Shown in pieces: positions 20,445 through 29,816 of a DNA stretch of 64,000 nucleotides. Every line of letters starts with the position of its first letter. Positions within the stretch are counted from its first letter, which is position 1. Origin of the DNA: Parcubacteria bacterium C7867-007 (GTDB lineage: Bacteria > Patescibacteriota > Minisyncoccia > Phycocordibacterales > Phycocordibacteraceae); contig LFCQ01000002.1 in NCBI GenBank assembly GCA_001189195.1, positions 4,997 to 68,996 on the forward strand, in the 5' to 3' direction. The notes beneath the pieces were generated by a model. That model was given only the letters and a program-made list of their open reading frames with translations. It was not told the DNA's origin and did not search any database. A program made the position numbers and the translations under genes.

Positions 20445-20678
20445 ATGGAAAACACACCGAACCCAACACCTGTTACCAATGAGATGCCAGTCGCACCGGT
20501 AGTACCGGTGGCACCCATGCCTGCACCAGCTCCAGAGATGAAAAAGAAGAATCAGTCTTGGGGAACTCTTATTGTTATCTTCCTTATTCTTGCAGTCGTA
20601 GTAATTGGTGCCTTCTACGCATGGGGAGAGCGTGTGGCTCAGCAGCCAGTTCCTGTTGACACTGAACTTCCTAGCTAA
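20445..20678 (+). CDS. Small Pro-rich single-TM protein
   Basis: 77 aa; KKK followed by TM helix. Confidence 0.75.
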   Translation: MENTPNPTPVTNEMPVAPVVPVAPMPAPAPEMKKKNQSWGTLIVIFLILAVVVIGAFYAWGERVAQQPVPVDTELPS

Positions 20679-20699
20679 TTTGTTTGTACACCTTTATTC

Positions 20700-21452
20700 A
20701 TGAAACCCGTCATTTCCTCACTAGGTAGTATGGGTGTGTTCGTTCTGGTTGCGTCAACCGCACCATTCGCTCATGCAGCAATCACTAACTACGAAGTGAA
20801 CAGTACTGTTCCTGGAGCAGGCATTCAGACCAATGGTAGTACTGCAAACATAAAGATCGATGGTTTGGGTGTCGTAAATACCGATGCCATAGATACTATG
20901 GTGAACATCCAGACACCTGGCGTGGTGGTTAAGACTACCGCAGGTACCGATGTGAAACTTGGTTTTGGGGGACAGTCACTGAGCATGGTGGTAGAGACGG
21001 GAGTAGACGCATCTAGTGCAAAAACGATTATGTCTCTTGAGGGTAATGCAGCCACATACATACGAACTCAAGATGATGCAGATGCATACGGAACGGTTGT
21101 TGTTGAAAACACACCCCAAGTCAAAAGTGTTAAGACTAATAGCAACAACGTACACGTCACGTACACTCAGACAGGCAAGCTCTTCGGATTCATTCCCGTG
21201 AATATGAAGGCAGCCGTAAATGTTGATGCAGCAGGAACGGTTTCAGTTAAGCTCCCCTGGTATAAAATGCTTGTCGTACGTGATGACAGTGTTGCTTCTT
21301 CTGTGAAAGCCATCATCACTACCGCAAAGACTGAAAACAAGGTGCTAGTATCTGGCGAAGCCACTATCGAGCCTGTTGATCAAGCACGCCTCACACAGTA
21401 CGTGACACAGGTACTTGTAACCGATAGCTCTGTTGCAGTGAACGTTAAATAG
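20700..21452 (+). CDS. Secreted hypothetical protein
   Basis: Signal peptide (AHA); KLFGFIPV...V-x-LPWY motif. Confidence 0.75.
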   Translation: MKPVISSLGSMGVFVLVASTAPFAHAAITNYEVNSTVPGAGIQTNGSTANIKIDGLGVVNTDAIDTMVNIQTPGVVVKTTAGTDVKLGFGGQSLSMVVETGVDASSAKTIMSLEGNAATYIRTQDDADAYGTVVVENTPQVKSVKTNSNNVHVTYTQTGKLFGFIPVNMKAAVNVDAAGTVSVKLPWYKMLVVRDDSVASSVKAIITTAKTENKVLVSGEATIEPVDQARLTQYVTQVLVTDSSVAVNVK

Positions 21453-21466
21453 TGAGCAAAGAAACT

Positions 21467-21503
21467 AAAGAAGGACTCCTGCATGCAGGAGTCCTTCTTT
21501 TTT
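21467..21503. terminator. Intrinsic terminator
   Basis: AAAGAAGGACTCCTGC-AT-GCAGGAGTCCTTCTTT followed by T tract. Confidence 0.85.
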
Positions 21504-21519
21504 GATACCATTCCCTATT

Positions 21520-22131
21520 ATGGCTACCAAAACATCAACTACCCCGTCTTCGATGCTCGTTCCAATGGTGCTCGAGAAATCACAGTTCGGTGAGCGTGCA
21601 TATGACATATACTCACGCCTGCTCCGTGATCGCATTATCTTCCTTGGTGGCCCGATCGATGATGACGTAGCTAATCTCATCATTTCTCAGCTCCTCTTCC
21701 TTGAGACGGAGGATCCAAAACGTGATATCTGGCTCTATGTGAACTCACCGGGTGGTCACGTGCATTCAGGCCTCGCTATTGTTGATGCTATGAACCATGT
21801 GAAGCCAGATGTCGCTACCGTTGCTATTGGTATGGCCGCTTCTATGGGTTCAATCATTCTTGCATCAGGTGCTAAGGGGAAGCGCTTTGCACTTCCAAAC
21901 GCAGACATCATGATCCACCAGCCACACGGTGGTGCTGAAGGACAGGCTGCAGACATCGAGATCAGCGCGCGCCGTATTCTTTCTCTACGTGAGCGTCTCA
22001 ACAAAATCCTCGCAAAGACAACTGGTCAACCACTTGAGAAAATAACGCGTGATGTTGATCGTGACTTCTACCTTTCTGCTGATGAAGCGAAGAAGTACGG
22101 TATCGTAGATCAGGTCTACAAGACGAAGTAG
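21520..22131 (+). CDS. clpP: ATP-dependent Clp protease proteolytic subunit
   Basis: [31 protein letters not shown]. Confidence 0.97.
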   Translation: MATKTSTTPSSMLVPMVLEKSQFGERAYDIYSRLLRDRIIFLGGPIDDDVANLIISQLLFLETEDPKRDIWLYVNSPGGHVHSGLAIVDAMNHVKPDVATVAIGMAASMGSIILASGAKGKRFALPNADIMIHQPHGGAEGQAADIEISARRILSLRERLNKILAKTTGQPLEKITRDVDRDFYLSADEAKKYGIVDQVYKTK

Positions 22132-22133
22132 GT

Positions 22134-22247
22134 ATGATCCATCTAGAACGACCACTAGACTTCAACCCAAAGTTTGAAGTCGTGGGCTGCGTTCTAGAGC
22201 ATGAAGACCAAAGTATCACCCTGTTTTACCGAACCCGTGAAGCGTAG
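22134..22247 (+). pseudogene. 37-aa remnant resembling the N-terminus of a NUDIX hydrolase
   Basis: MIHLERPLDFNPKFEVVGCVLEHEDQSITLFYRTREA*; resemblance recalled, Nudix box absent. Confidence 0.4.
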
Positions 22248-22329
22248 TAAGGTGCACCTGTTCCCCCTTATTTAAATGTAACCCTCCGCAGACCCTATTT
22301 GGGCATGGCCTGCGCAGGACTGAACGTAT

Positions 22330-23859
22330 ATGTCTATAAAATTAGTATTGATTCTGCTGGCTATTTCAGGCACTGCAGGTATCGCGCTTGGCTATGTGCT
22401 TCGCTTGCTCATTGCACTGGGCCGTCGTGGTTCCCTGGAACTTGAGGTGAAGCAGCGCATGCTCGAAGCAAAGGAGCGAGCGAACCGCATCATCGCAGAA
22501 GCAGAGGCACGTGGTGAGGAGATCGAGAAAGAAGCCACTGCTCCTCTTAAAGAACGTGAGGCGCGCGTGGAGTCGTATGTAAATCGCCTCACCAAGCGTG
22601 AGGAGTTTCTTGATGAACGTGAACAGAATCTTTCTGAACTCAGCGAGCAAGTGAAAATGCGTGAGAATGAAGCAGCTAACCTTAAGCGTGAGGCAGCAGC
22701 ACTTATCCAGAGTGAGCAAGCTGAACTTGCTCGTATTGCAGAGCTATCTGAAGAAGAAGCCCGTACTAAGCTACTGAGCAATATTGAGCAGCTTCATGAG
22801 AAAGCTATTCTCTCTCGTATCCAGAAGCTTGAGACTAATGGTCGTGAGCGCATAGAAGAAAAGGCACGCGGCATTCTCCTCACTGCTATTCATCGCATGG
22901 GTAACGCGGTAAATACCGAGGTTATGACCCTTTCAGTGCAGCTTCCTTCTGAGGAATTGAAGGGTAAGGTGATTGGTAAAGAAGGTCGCAACATCAAAGC
23001 CTTTGAACGCGCTACCGGTGTAGACGTCATTATTGATGAAGCACCTGATCGTATTAGTCTTTCTTCCTTTGATCCACTGCGTCGCCACATCGCAAAGATT
23101 GCTCTAGAGCGTCTCATTGAGGATGGCCGTATCCAACCCGCAAAGATTGAAGAGATTGTTGAGAAAGCAAAGCAAGAAGTTGAGGTAATCATTAAACAGA
23201 AGGGTGAAGAAGCAGCCTATGAAGTTGGTATTGTCGGACTTGATCCCCGTCTCATCACGCTTCTTGGTCGCCTCCACTTCCGTACCAGCTACGGACAGAA
23301 TGTATTGCAGCATTCTATTGAAATGGCCCACATTGCAGGCATACTGGCAGCAGAACTTGATGCAGACGCTGAAATTGCACGTACTGGTGCCCTCCTTCAT
23401 GACATCGGCAAGGCTGTAGATCATGAGGTACAAGGTACCCATGTAGAGATTGGGCGTCGTATCCTTGAGAAATTCGGTGTAGACAAGAAGGTTATTCAAG
23501 CGATGCAGGCACATCATGAGGAATATCCGTATGAAACACCTGAATCTATCATTGTTCAGGTTGCAGACAGTATCTCTGCAAGTCGTCCTGGAGCACGTCG
23601 TGACACTATAGAGCGCTATCTAGAGCGTCTTGGTGATCTAGAACGTATTGCAAAAGGCTTTGCGGGCGTTGAGAAAGTGTACGCAATACAGGCAGGACGT
23701 GAAATACGTATATTCGTGAACCCAGGAAAGGTATCAGACCTTGAAACACATAAGCTTGCACGTGAAATTGCTGCTCGTATTCAAGAAGAACTAAAATATC
23801 CAGGAGAAATTAAAGTGAATGTGATTCGTGAGAATAGAGTGGTTGAATTCGCACGCTAA
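22330..23859 (+). CDS. rny: Ribonuclease Y
   Basis: TM + coiled coil + KH (KGKVIGKEGRNI) + HD (LLHDIGK). Confidence 0.97.
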   Translation: MSIKLVLILLAISGTAGIALGYVLRLLIALGRRGSLELEVKQRMLEAKERANRIIAEAEARGEEIEKEATAPLKEREARVESYVNRLTKREEFLDEREQNLSELSEQVKMRENEAANLKREAAALIQSEQAELARIAELSEEEARTKLLSNIEQLHEKAILSRIQKLETNGRERIEEKARGILLTAIHRMGNAVNTEVMTLSVQLPSEELKGKVIGKEGRNIKAFERATGVDVIIDEAPDRISLSSFDPLRRHIAKIALERLIEDGRIQPAKIEEIVEKAKQEVEVIIKQKGEEAAYEVGIVGLDPRLITLLGRLHFRTSYGQNVLQHSIEMAHIAGILAAELDADAEIARTGALLHDIGKAVDHEVQGTHVEIGRRILEKFGVDKKVIQAMQAHHEEYPYETPESIIVQVADSISASRPGARRDTIERYLERLGDLERIAKGFAGVEKVYAIQAGREIRIFVNPGKVSDLETHKLAREIAARIQEELKYPGEIKVNVIRENRVVEFAR

Positions 23860-24236
23860 CGCTTTGATTTAATAGCTTTCTGAAGGGTGACATCGAGGGT
23901 GAGGAGTGTATATTCTTCGGCATGGGCAAGCAAAGCAAGATCAACAAATGAAAGCTTGCTTTTTTGTCCAAGAAATTCTTCTATAGTCCTAAGAAATGAT
24001 TCTTCTTTGCTGTGGAGTATCGTAAATGCTGCATTCCCAAGCATTATGCGCAAAAAAGAATCAGCATTCGCTTTCCCAGAGCGCATCATAAGTACCGTTG
24101 CAGTCTCTAGAACGACATACTCATGCACTACTAGCTGCTGTGTTTGCTTGAAGAGAAGCTCTTTGGCCTCTGTATGAAAGTGATCTGCTTCGTTAAAGAA
24201 AGCGATCAGTACACTCGAATCAACGAGTATTCCCAT
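23856..24236 (-). CDS. PIN-domain (VapC-like) toxin
   Basis: ILVDSSVLIA, E, LSFVD, LTLD acidic PIN residues. Confidence 0.9.
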   Translation of the reverse strand: MGILVDSSVLIAFFNEADHFHTEAKELLFKQTQQLVVHEYVVLETATVLMMRSGKANADSFLRIMLGNAAFTILHSKEESFLRTIEEFLGQKSKLSFVDLALLAHAEEYTLLTLDVTLQKAIKSKR

Positions 24237-24462
24237 ATACTATTTCGTCGATGCGATTAGAAAGGTCTTTATCACCTTTAAACTTAGCTGTTGCGAGTGC
24301 ATCTTCAAGAGTGCCTGTGCGTTTTGTTGGAAGTATAGGTTCTATGCGAAATACCGGTTTGGAATCACGCACTACCGTAAAGGACTGGCCCTTAAGCGCC
24401 GCATCTGCAATGCGTTTAAGGTTATTTTGAAGTTCCTTAATACCCAGTATGGCTGTTGTCAT
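24220..24462 (-). CDS. Phd/YefM-type antitoxin
   Basis: IKELQNNLKRI...G-x-SFTVVR-x-SKPVFRI; overlaps the PIN gene. Confidence 0.85.
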   Translation of the reverse strand: MTTAILGIKELQNNLKRIADAALKGQSFTVVRDSKPVFRIEPILPTKRTGTLEDALATAKFKGDKDLSNRIDEIVYGNTR

Positions 24463-24467
24463 AAAGT

Positions 24468-24489
24468 AAGTATACTTTTAAGTATACTT
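24468..24489. promoter_or_regulatory. TA operator/promoter: two tandem AAGTATACTT palindromes
   Basis: 24468-24477 and 24480-24489; the first includes the -10 TATACT 6 nt before the antitoxin ATG. Confidence 0.75.
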
Positions 24490-24544
24490 AAAAGCAACTA
24501 TTTGCTATCCCCCTTATATTTTTGGCCCTATTGCGTTATATGGC

Positions 24545-25957
24545 TCATTTTCTATACTTTCCCCACAGACCTCCCTTGGAGGACTTAGCCCTAAAACCCC
24601 AATAGATTCGTATGAACAAGGCAGATATCGTGATGAAGGTGCAAGATGTGCTCGGCGGAACCAAAGCTGATGCAGAGCGCGCTGTAGAGACTGTTATCGA
24701 AAGCATCGTAGGCGGCCTCAAGGCTGGTGACGAAGTATCGATTGCAGGTCTCGGCATTTTCCGTGCAAAGCCTCGTGCTGCACGTATGGCACGTAACCCT
24801 CGCACAGGTGAGCAACTCTCTTCGTCATACATCTCATACCCCTTACCGTACTCAAGATCCTTCATAAGCTTCGTGGGGGCGTTACGAATATGCTTTGGTA
24901 CTGGCAGGTTACCCATCTTCTTTATATCTTCCTGTGCAGCACGTAACGCATCATATGCAGAACGGTCCTTCTTTGCTTGAGCAAGATACGCAACACCGTG
25001 CGCAAGATTAATAGCGCATTCTGGGTATCCAATCACCTCACACGCTCTAAACACCGCATTAGCCACCACCAACGCTGTTGGTTGCGCCACACCAATATCC
25101 TCTGAAGCAAAGATAACCATTCTTCGTGCAATAAACAGTGGATCCTCCCCTGCCTCAACCATGCGTGCCAAGTAATAGATGGCTGCGTCTGGTTGTGAGG
25201 CACGCATACTTTTTATGAACGCACTGATGGTGTCGTAGTGTTCATCTCCTTTCTTGTCATAGCGAAGGTGTGGAGACTCAAGAGCCTTATTGAGAGTCTC
25301 CACAGTTACCTTTCCATACAGACTCGTTGTGCTATCCAAAAGAGTAAGTGCACGGCGTGCATCCCCGTTGGCATATCCCATTAACCATTCAAATGCATCC
25401 TTACCTAGCTTTAGTTTTGCACGTGTAACTATTGCTCGTAGTGATTCTTCTGCGAGTGGTTCTAGTACAAACACTCTGCAACGCGAAAGAAGTGCGGGAA
25501 TAACTTCGAATGAAGGATTTTCTGTTGTTGCTCCAATAAGTGTGAGCCTTCCACTCTCTACATATGGAAGCAGAAAGTCTTGCTGGCTCTTATTAAATCG
25601 ATGAATCTCATCCAGGAACAATACTTTTGGACGTTCGGGTGCAAACGTATCGTTATTAAACGCTTCCTGAAAGGTACTCTTCCCTCCCCTACCCTTCGCT
25701 GGTCCCTCAACTATCTGACGAATATCCTCCTTCCCTGCAGAAACGGCTGAGAGCTCAAACAAATCTGCATCCAATGCTTTGGCATAGATACGCGCGATCG
25801 TCGTCTTACCAGTCCCTGGAGGGCCCCACAGAATGAATGAGAAGCGGTGTCTCTTCTCTGTCGCTACACGTATCGGCTTCCCTTCCCCTACCAAATGTTC
25901 CTGCCCTACGAATTCATCGAGGTTCTTGGGTCGTAGGCGTGCGGCAAGAGGTTCCAT
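24545..25957 (-). CDS. rarA: Replication-associated recombination protein RarA/MgsA with aberrant C-terminal extension
   Basis: PLAARLRP, GPPGTGKTT, DEIHRF, GATTENP, ISAFIKS, EDIG; homology ends at YGKGYEMYDEES (~24815). Confidence 0.93.
   Translation of the reverse strand: MEPLAARLRPKNLDEFVGQEHLVGEGKPIRVATEKRHRFSFILWGPPGTGKTTIARIYAKALDADLFELSAVSAGKEDIRQIVEGPAKGRGGKSTFQEAFNNDTFAPERPKVLFLDEIHRFNKSQQDFLLPYVESGRLTLIGATTENPSFEVIPALLSRCRVFVLEPLAEESLRAIVTRAKLKLGKDAFEWLMGYANGDARRALTLLDSTTSLYGKVTVETLNKALESPHLRYDKKGDEHYDTISAFIKSMRASQPDAAIYYLARMVEAGEDPLFIARRMVIFASEDIGVAQPTALVVANAVFRACEVIGYPECAINLAHGVAYLAQAKKDRSAYDALRAAQEDIKKMGNLPVPKHIRNAPTKLMKDLEYGKGYEMYDEESCSPVRGLRAIRAARGFARKMPRPAIDTSSPALRPPTMLSITVSTARSASALVPPSTSCTFITISALFIRIYWGFRAKSSKGGLWGKYRK
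24612..24815 (+). pseudogene. hup: HU DNA-binding protein, truncated after RNPRTGEQ and reading on into antisense rarA
   Basis: MNKADIV...VSIAGLGIF...ARNPRTGEQ; the usual ~20 C-terminal residues are missing. Confidence 0.85.
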
Positions 25958-26056
25958 GCATAAAGCGTACGCTGGTGTATGTGAAAATCAATCGAACACC
26001 AGCATACCAATCTTGCTTAATGGTTCCCTTCCCTAGGAAGGAGGTACAATATTGCT

Positions 26057-26533
26057 ATGAAAAAGATACTGATTATCCTGGTTTTGATACTTGTGGCTGG
26101 TATTGCTTATTACGGACTTTCTCCCCTATTCCGCAACATGGAACTTAGCGAGGAGGTACCTGGCACCGTTCAACAAGAAAACCAGAATGATAGTTCTCAG
26201 AACACACCGAACCCAGAACCGGTCATAATGCCCGCTGCACAGATTGTTGACACTCCAGCGCACCCAGCAAGTGGAACCGCACGCATTGTTATCTCAAAAG
26301 GAACCACATACCTCCGTTATGAGAATCTAAAGACTATCAATGGACCTGATCTGTATGTGTACCTAAGTAAGGATCTTGACGCAAAAGAGTTCGTTAGCCT
26401 AGGACGAATAAAAGCAACGGAGGGGAATGTAAACTACGAGATCCCTGGAAACATTAACCTGACGGAGTATCCCTATGCGCTTGTTTGGTGCAAACAGTTT
26501 GGAGTGTTGTTTAACAGTGCAAAACTGCAGTAG
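26057..26533 (+). CDS. DM13-domain protein
   Basis: GPDLYVYLS, GNVNYEIP, VWCKQFGVLF. Confidence 0.88.
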   Translation: MKKILIILVLILVAGIAYYGLSPLFRNMELSEEVPGTVQQENQNDSSQNTPNPEPVIMPAAQIVDTPAHPASGTARIVISKGTTYLRYENLKTINGPDLYVYLSKDLDAKEFVSLGRIKATEGNVNYEIPGNINLTEYPYALVWCKQFGVLFNSAKLQ

Positions 26534-26594
26534 TTACTCTGTGTGCATTATTCGAAGTACCGTGGAACGTTAGTACGTAAACTCTAACTAAATG

Positions 26595-26665
26595 TGCGGG
26601 ATAGGAGAATCGAACTCCTGCGTCGAACTTGGAAGGTTCGCGTTCTACCATTAAACTAATCCCGC
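26595..26665 (-). tRNA. tRNA-Gly (UCC)
   Basis: GCGGGAT acceptor stem, anticodon loop CTTCCAA, GTTCGATTC T-loop; CCA not encoded. Confidence 0.95.
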
Positions 26666-26759
26666 TTCAGAAGCGAGGATACCATATAAATAAGTGTTTC
26701 GGCTACATGTCGACTACGCGTCGCCTATCTTTTTGAACGTTCTGTTGTACGCTACAGCT

Positions 26760-27932
26760 ATGAAAGTAACTGTTTTGGCCGTTGTTGCCGCCCTGACGTT
26801 CAGTGCAGGAGCTGCATACCTGGTATTTGTACCAAACGACCAGAAACCAGCTCCTGTGGCGGCCTTAAGTGCCTCTGCGGGCTCTGCCCTGTACGACACT
26901 AGCCGCATCCTAGAACTGTTGAAGCAGTTGCTGATGTTGCAGCAGAAAGTGAAACAACAGCCTTCAATCATAGCGAGCACCACTATTCCCTTTGCTCCTG
27001 TAGCAACAAGTACAACAACCACGAAGCCTGCAGCTCCTGTGAAACCAGCGGCTCCAAAATCTGTGGCACCCTTAAACACAGAGACCAAGCTAGGACTTGC
27101 ACTTCCTAAGGTTCGGAGCGCAACCGTTAATATTGTTTGTCTTCCGGTTAAATCAGGCACGAATGTACGAGGAGTTTCTGGAACAGGAGTGATAATTGAT
27201 CCTCGTGGCGTTATTCTCACGGTTGCTCATGTGGCACAGCACCATTTGATTGCTGCAGCACGTCCTGATTTGGTTTCATGTGTAGTGCGTACTGGCAGTC
27301 CAGCAATACCTGCATATATTGCAAAGCCTATCTTCGTATCTGAAGACTGGCTTGAGACTCATGGGAAACAGCTCTCCTCCTCTAACCCACGTGGAACAGG
27401 TGAGGATGATTTTGCGCTCCTTGCAATCACAGACACCGCAACCAAGACCCCCCTCCCTTCACTCTTCCCTTCTGTTTCACTCGCACAAAATACACCCGCA
27501 CTCAAGGATGGGGTGGTGATTGGATCATACGGTGCAGAGTTTCTAAGCAGCGCAACGATCCGTTCTGGTATATTCCCCACTGTTGTATTTGGCTCGGTCA
27601 AAGATCGCTTTACGTTTGGTACACAAACCCTTGATGTTATCTCTCTAGGTGGAGGTGCAGCAGCACAGGAGGGTTCTTCCGGAGGAGCTGCAGTGAATCA
27701 AGATGCGCAACTCATAGGACTCATCACCTCTCGCTCTAGCGCAGATAACCTTAATGATCGTGATCTTCGTGCCATAACCAACACATACCTTCAGCGCGCA
27801 TTCCGTGAGGAGACTGGTGAATCAATCAGTTCATTCCTATCTTCAGATATAAAGACACTTGTTAGCCAATACGCACCTGAAGCAGCAAAACGTGGTGATC
27901 AACTTATCAAACTAAATCGTCTTGCTAACTAA
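26760..27932 (+). CDS. Secreted trypsin-like serine protease
   Basis: GTGVII, LTVAHV (His), DFALL (Asp), GSSGG (Ser). Confidence 0.85.
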   Translation: MKVTVLAVVAALTFSAGAAYLVFVPNDQKPAPVAALSASAGSALYDTSRILELLKQLLMLQQKVKQQPSIIASTTIPFAPVATSTTTTKPAAPVKPAAPKSVAPLNTETKLGLALPKVRSATVNIVCLPVKSGTNVRGVSGTGVIIDPRGVILTVAHVAQHHLIAAARPDLVSCVVRTGSPAIPAYIAKPIFVSEDWLETHGKQLSSSNPRGTGEDDFALLAITDTATKTPLPSLFPSVSLAQNTPALKDGVVIGSYGAEFLSSATIRSGIFPTVVFGSVKDRFTFGTQTLDVISLGGGAAAQEGSSGGAAVNQDAQLIGLITSRSSADNLNDRDLRAITNTYLQRAFREETGESISSFLSSDIKTLVSQYAPEAAKRGDQLIKLNRLAN

Positions 27933-27966
27933 GTTGAGAAGTTGAAGCAGTATGTGACTATGCATA

Positions 27967-27993
27967 CTGCAAGTCTGGGACGATGTTGGGGCC
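27967..27993 (+). repeat. Cassette-boundary site, internal type (left end of array 2)
   Basis: CTGCAAGTCTGGGACGATGTTGGGGCC then TTTCT; 23/27 to consensus. Confidence 0.85.
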
Positions 27994-28068
27994 TTTCTCG
28001 TCAAATGGACATAGCTCACGAAAAGGTATACGAATATAAAGAGTACAGAAGAAACACGGAGTCGAAAC

Positions 28069-28557
28069 ATGTTTAAAAAGCTTGGGGTCGACATTGGTGG
28101 GGTTATCATCGCTGAGATCAAAGCTGAAGGCGGCCTTGCTCACATCGATGAAGATCATCTCAATGTACTGCCAGTACAGAGTGTGCTTGAGGCTCTCGCT
28201 CAACTCGAACACACATTTAAAGATCAGCGTTTTTTGATCTCAAAGGCACGGGAAGAAGTTGAGGGTAGCTGCCGGTCTTGGCTGCAGCACTACAAGTTCT
28301 TCGAGACGACAGGTATACCTGAAGCTCACCTGCACTTCTGCAGGGAGCGTTCGGGGAAGAAGGCCATCTGCAGAGAGTTGGGTATCACCCATTTCGTGGA
28401 TGATAAGCTCGAGGTACTCAGTCACCTTGTAGGCCTGGTTCCGAACCTTTTTCTCTTCAACCCTGACGAGAACGAGACACGGCCCTATGCTGAGTATCTT
28501 CCTTCCGTAACCGTTGTTCCTGATTGGCGTTCACTGACACAGCTCCTTCAAGAGTAG
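28069..28557 (+). CDS. HAD-like protein (cassette gene)
   Basis: GVDIGGVI motif I-like, ITHFVDDK motif IV. Confidence 0.75.
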   Translation: MFKKLGVDIGGVIIAEIKAEGGLAHIDEDHLNVLPVQSVLEALAQLEHTFKDQRFLISKAREEVEGSCRSWLQHYKFFETTGIPEAHLHFCRERSGKKAICRELGITHFVDDKLEVLSHLVGLVPNLFLFNPDENETRPYAEYLPSVTVVPDWRSLTQLLQE

Positions 28558-28566
28558 TATCGCTTC

Positions 28567-28627
28567 GCTGGTGCTGGCATATTCCAGCACCAGCCACTGC
28601 CATACCTTTTTTAGGTATGGCTTTTTT
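28567..28627 (+). terminator. Double hairpin terminator at end of cassette
   Basis: GCTGGTGCTGG..CCAGCACCAGC and GCCATACCT..AGGTATGGC followed by T6. Confidence 0.8.
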
Positions 28628-28628
28628 G

Positions 28629-28655
28629 CTGGCAGTCTGGGACGATGTTGGAACC
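28629..28655 (+). repeat. Cassette-boundary site, internal type (consensus)
   Basis: CTGGCAGTCTGGGACGATGTTGGAACC then TTTCT. Confidence 0.92.
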
Positions 28656-28666
28656 TTTCTCTACAA

Positions 28667-28694
28667 TTGACAATGGTATTTATTTACGTATAAT
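28667..28694 (+). promoter_or_regulatory. Consensus sigma70 promoter inside cassette
   Basis: TTGACA-16 nt-TATAAT; AGGAGG upstream of GTG 28738. Confidence 0.8.
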
Positions 28695-28737
28695 AGTAAA
28701 TGGGTACTTTTGCCCCTTCATATTAGGAGGTCCTCCA

Positions 28738-29133
28738 GTGGAGACCGCAATCAATTGGAACCAAATGCCGTTCAGGGTTCAGGCTGAAATTAACATCGGC
28801 CTGTACAGCGTGGAGAACACGCAACCCTATTTCGCACGATTGACTGAGCGCCTACAGGCGATCATCGATTCGAGCGAACAGTGGCGTGATTCTGCCGAAA
28901 ACGGAAACGACTGGCACGTTTGCCGGCCCGAGGTGAGAGGGTTCGGCGCGCACTTTAAACTGCTTGTGCCCTTCTCCGAAATCAAGCCGAGCCAACTTCG
29001 AGCTTTGTGCTCGTACGTCAACAGACTCGCTGAACGACTGGCTGAAGAAAACGATCCGAACATTGATACGGTCTACGCTGAAGTCGCCTTCAGACCCTGC
29101 AGCACAATCTTTACTAGCGGAAGTAGCTTGTAG
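28738..29133 (+). CDS. Hypothetical protein (cassette gene)
   Basis: GTG start with strong SD; own promoter and downstream hairpin. Confidence 0.72.
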   Translation: METAINWNQMPFRVQAEINIGLYSVENTQPYFARLTERLQAIIDSSEQWRDSAENGNDWHVCRPEVRGFGAHFKLLVPFSEIKPSQLRALCSYVNRLAERLAEENDPNIDTVYAEVAFRPCSTIFTSGSSL

Positions 29134-29192
29134 AGATTCCTTAATGCGCGCCCTGTCTTTGAAAAACAAGATGGGGCGCTTTCGATATCTGG

Positions 29193-29219
29193 CTGGCAGT
29201 CTGGGACGATGTTGGAACT
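29193..29219 (+). repeat. Cassette-boundary site, internal type
   Basis: CTGGCAGTCTGGGACGATGTTGGAACT, 26/27 to consensus. Confidence 0.92.
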
Positions 29220-29300
29220 TTTCTAAGCTTAGAATAGACTTGACTTTTATATATATTAATAGTATGGTAGTTTCAGGTATTGAAACGTATGGGGTAAGAA

Positions 29301-29636
29301 ATGGATTTTGCGATTTTGGACGCCCTCGATGCTCTGAAGGAGCAGGAGAAAGCACGACTACGAGAAGAGCTGCCCAAAAGGCTGGCACACTCTCACTTCG
29401 TCTGGTGGCGCCGGATGCTTCATCTGGCCACCTTCTTCAATCACGACCGCATCGACTGCCGCATCCCACTTTGGGTCCGGCTAGTGCTTGGAAACGAAGA
29501 TGCGTTTCAAGCATACACTGATGCGCTTCAAGAAAGATTCGGCTCATCGTTTCAGGTCTATCTGGGACGTCCAATTGGATACCCCGAGGCCCGATACGAT
29601 CGCGTGTGTATCGAGTTTCAAGCCGCAGCCGCCTGA
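29301..29636 (+). CDS. Hypothetical protein (cassette gene)
   Basis: 111 aa; TTGACT-17-TATGGT promoter at 29240-29268; GCCCGGAGGA/TCCTCCGGGC terminator after the stop. Confidence 0.72.
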   Translation: MDFAILDALDALKEQEKARLREELPKRLAHSHFVWWRRMLHLATFFNHDRIDCRIPLWVRLVLGNEDAFQAYTDALQERFGSSFQVYLGRPIGYPEARYDRVCIEFQAAAA

Positions 29637-29712
29637 AGAAGCCCGGAGGATAATTCCCCGCTGCTCCTCCGGGCGGCTTCTTTTTATAAAAGTTCGATAC
29701 CTTTTGAAAGGG

Positions 29713-29735
29713 GTGGCAGACTAGGGATCGAACCT
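29713..29735 (+). repeat. Cassette-array terminal site (tRNA 3'-half-like)
   Basis: GTGGCAGACTAGGGATCGAACCT, 10 nt downstream of the tRNA-Pro 3' end. Confidence 0.88.
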
Positions 29736-29745
29736 CAAATCTTTG

Positions 29746-29816
29746 TCGGGGTGCGGGGAATTGAACCCCGTCTAACTGGTCCCAAACCAGTCGTACTACC
29801 GGTATACGACACCCCG
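29746..29816 (-). tRNA. tRNA-Pro (UGG)
   Basis: CGGGGTG acceptor stem, anticodon loop TTTGGGA, GGTTCAATTCC. Confidence 0.95.

Noticed and set aside
28645-28737. Upstream ATG for the 162-aa ORF
   Set aside because: The ATG lies inside the repeat and upstream of the promoter; GTG 28738 has the SD.
27967-29735. 27-bp repeats as a CRISPR array
   Set aside because: Intervals are 361-662 bp and contain whole genes; no cas genes in the window.
27967-29735. Repeats as classical integron attC sites
   Set aside because: No RYYYAAC/GTTRRRY ends or internal palindrome; genes lie in both orientations; the Xer-like protein shows no obvious IntI-specific insertion and is not adjacent.
29713-29735. Terminal site as an att duplication of the adjacent tRNA-Pro
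   Set aside because: The sequence does not match the tRNA-Pro 3' end (CCCCGCACCCCGA) or that of any other tRNA in the window.
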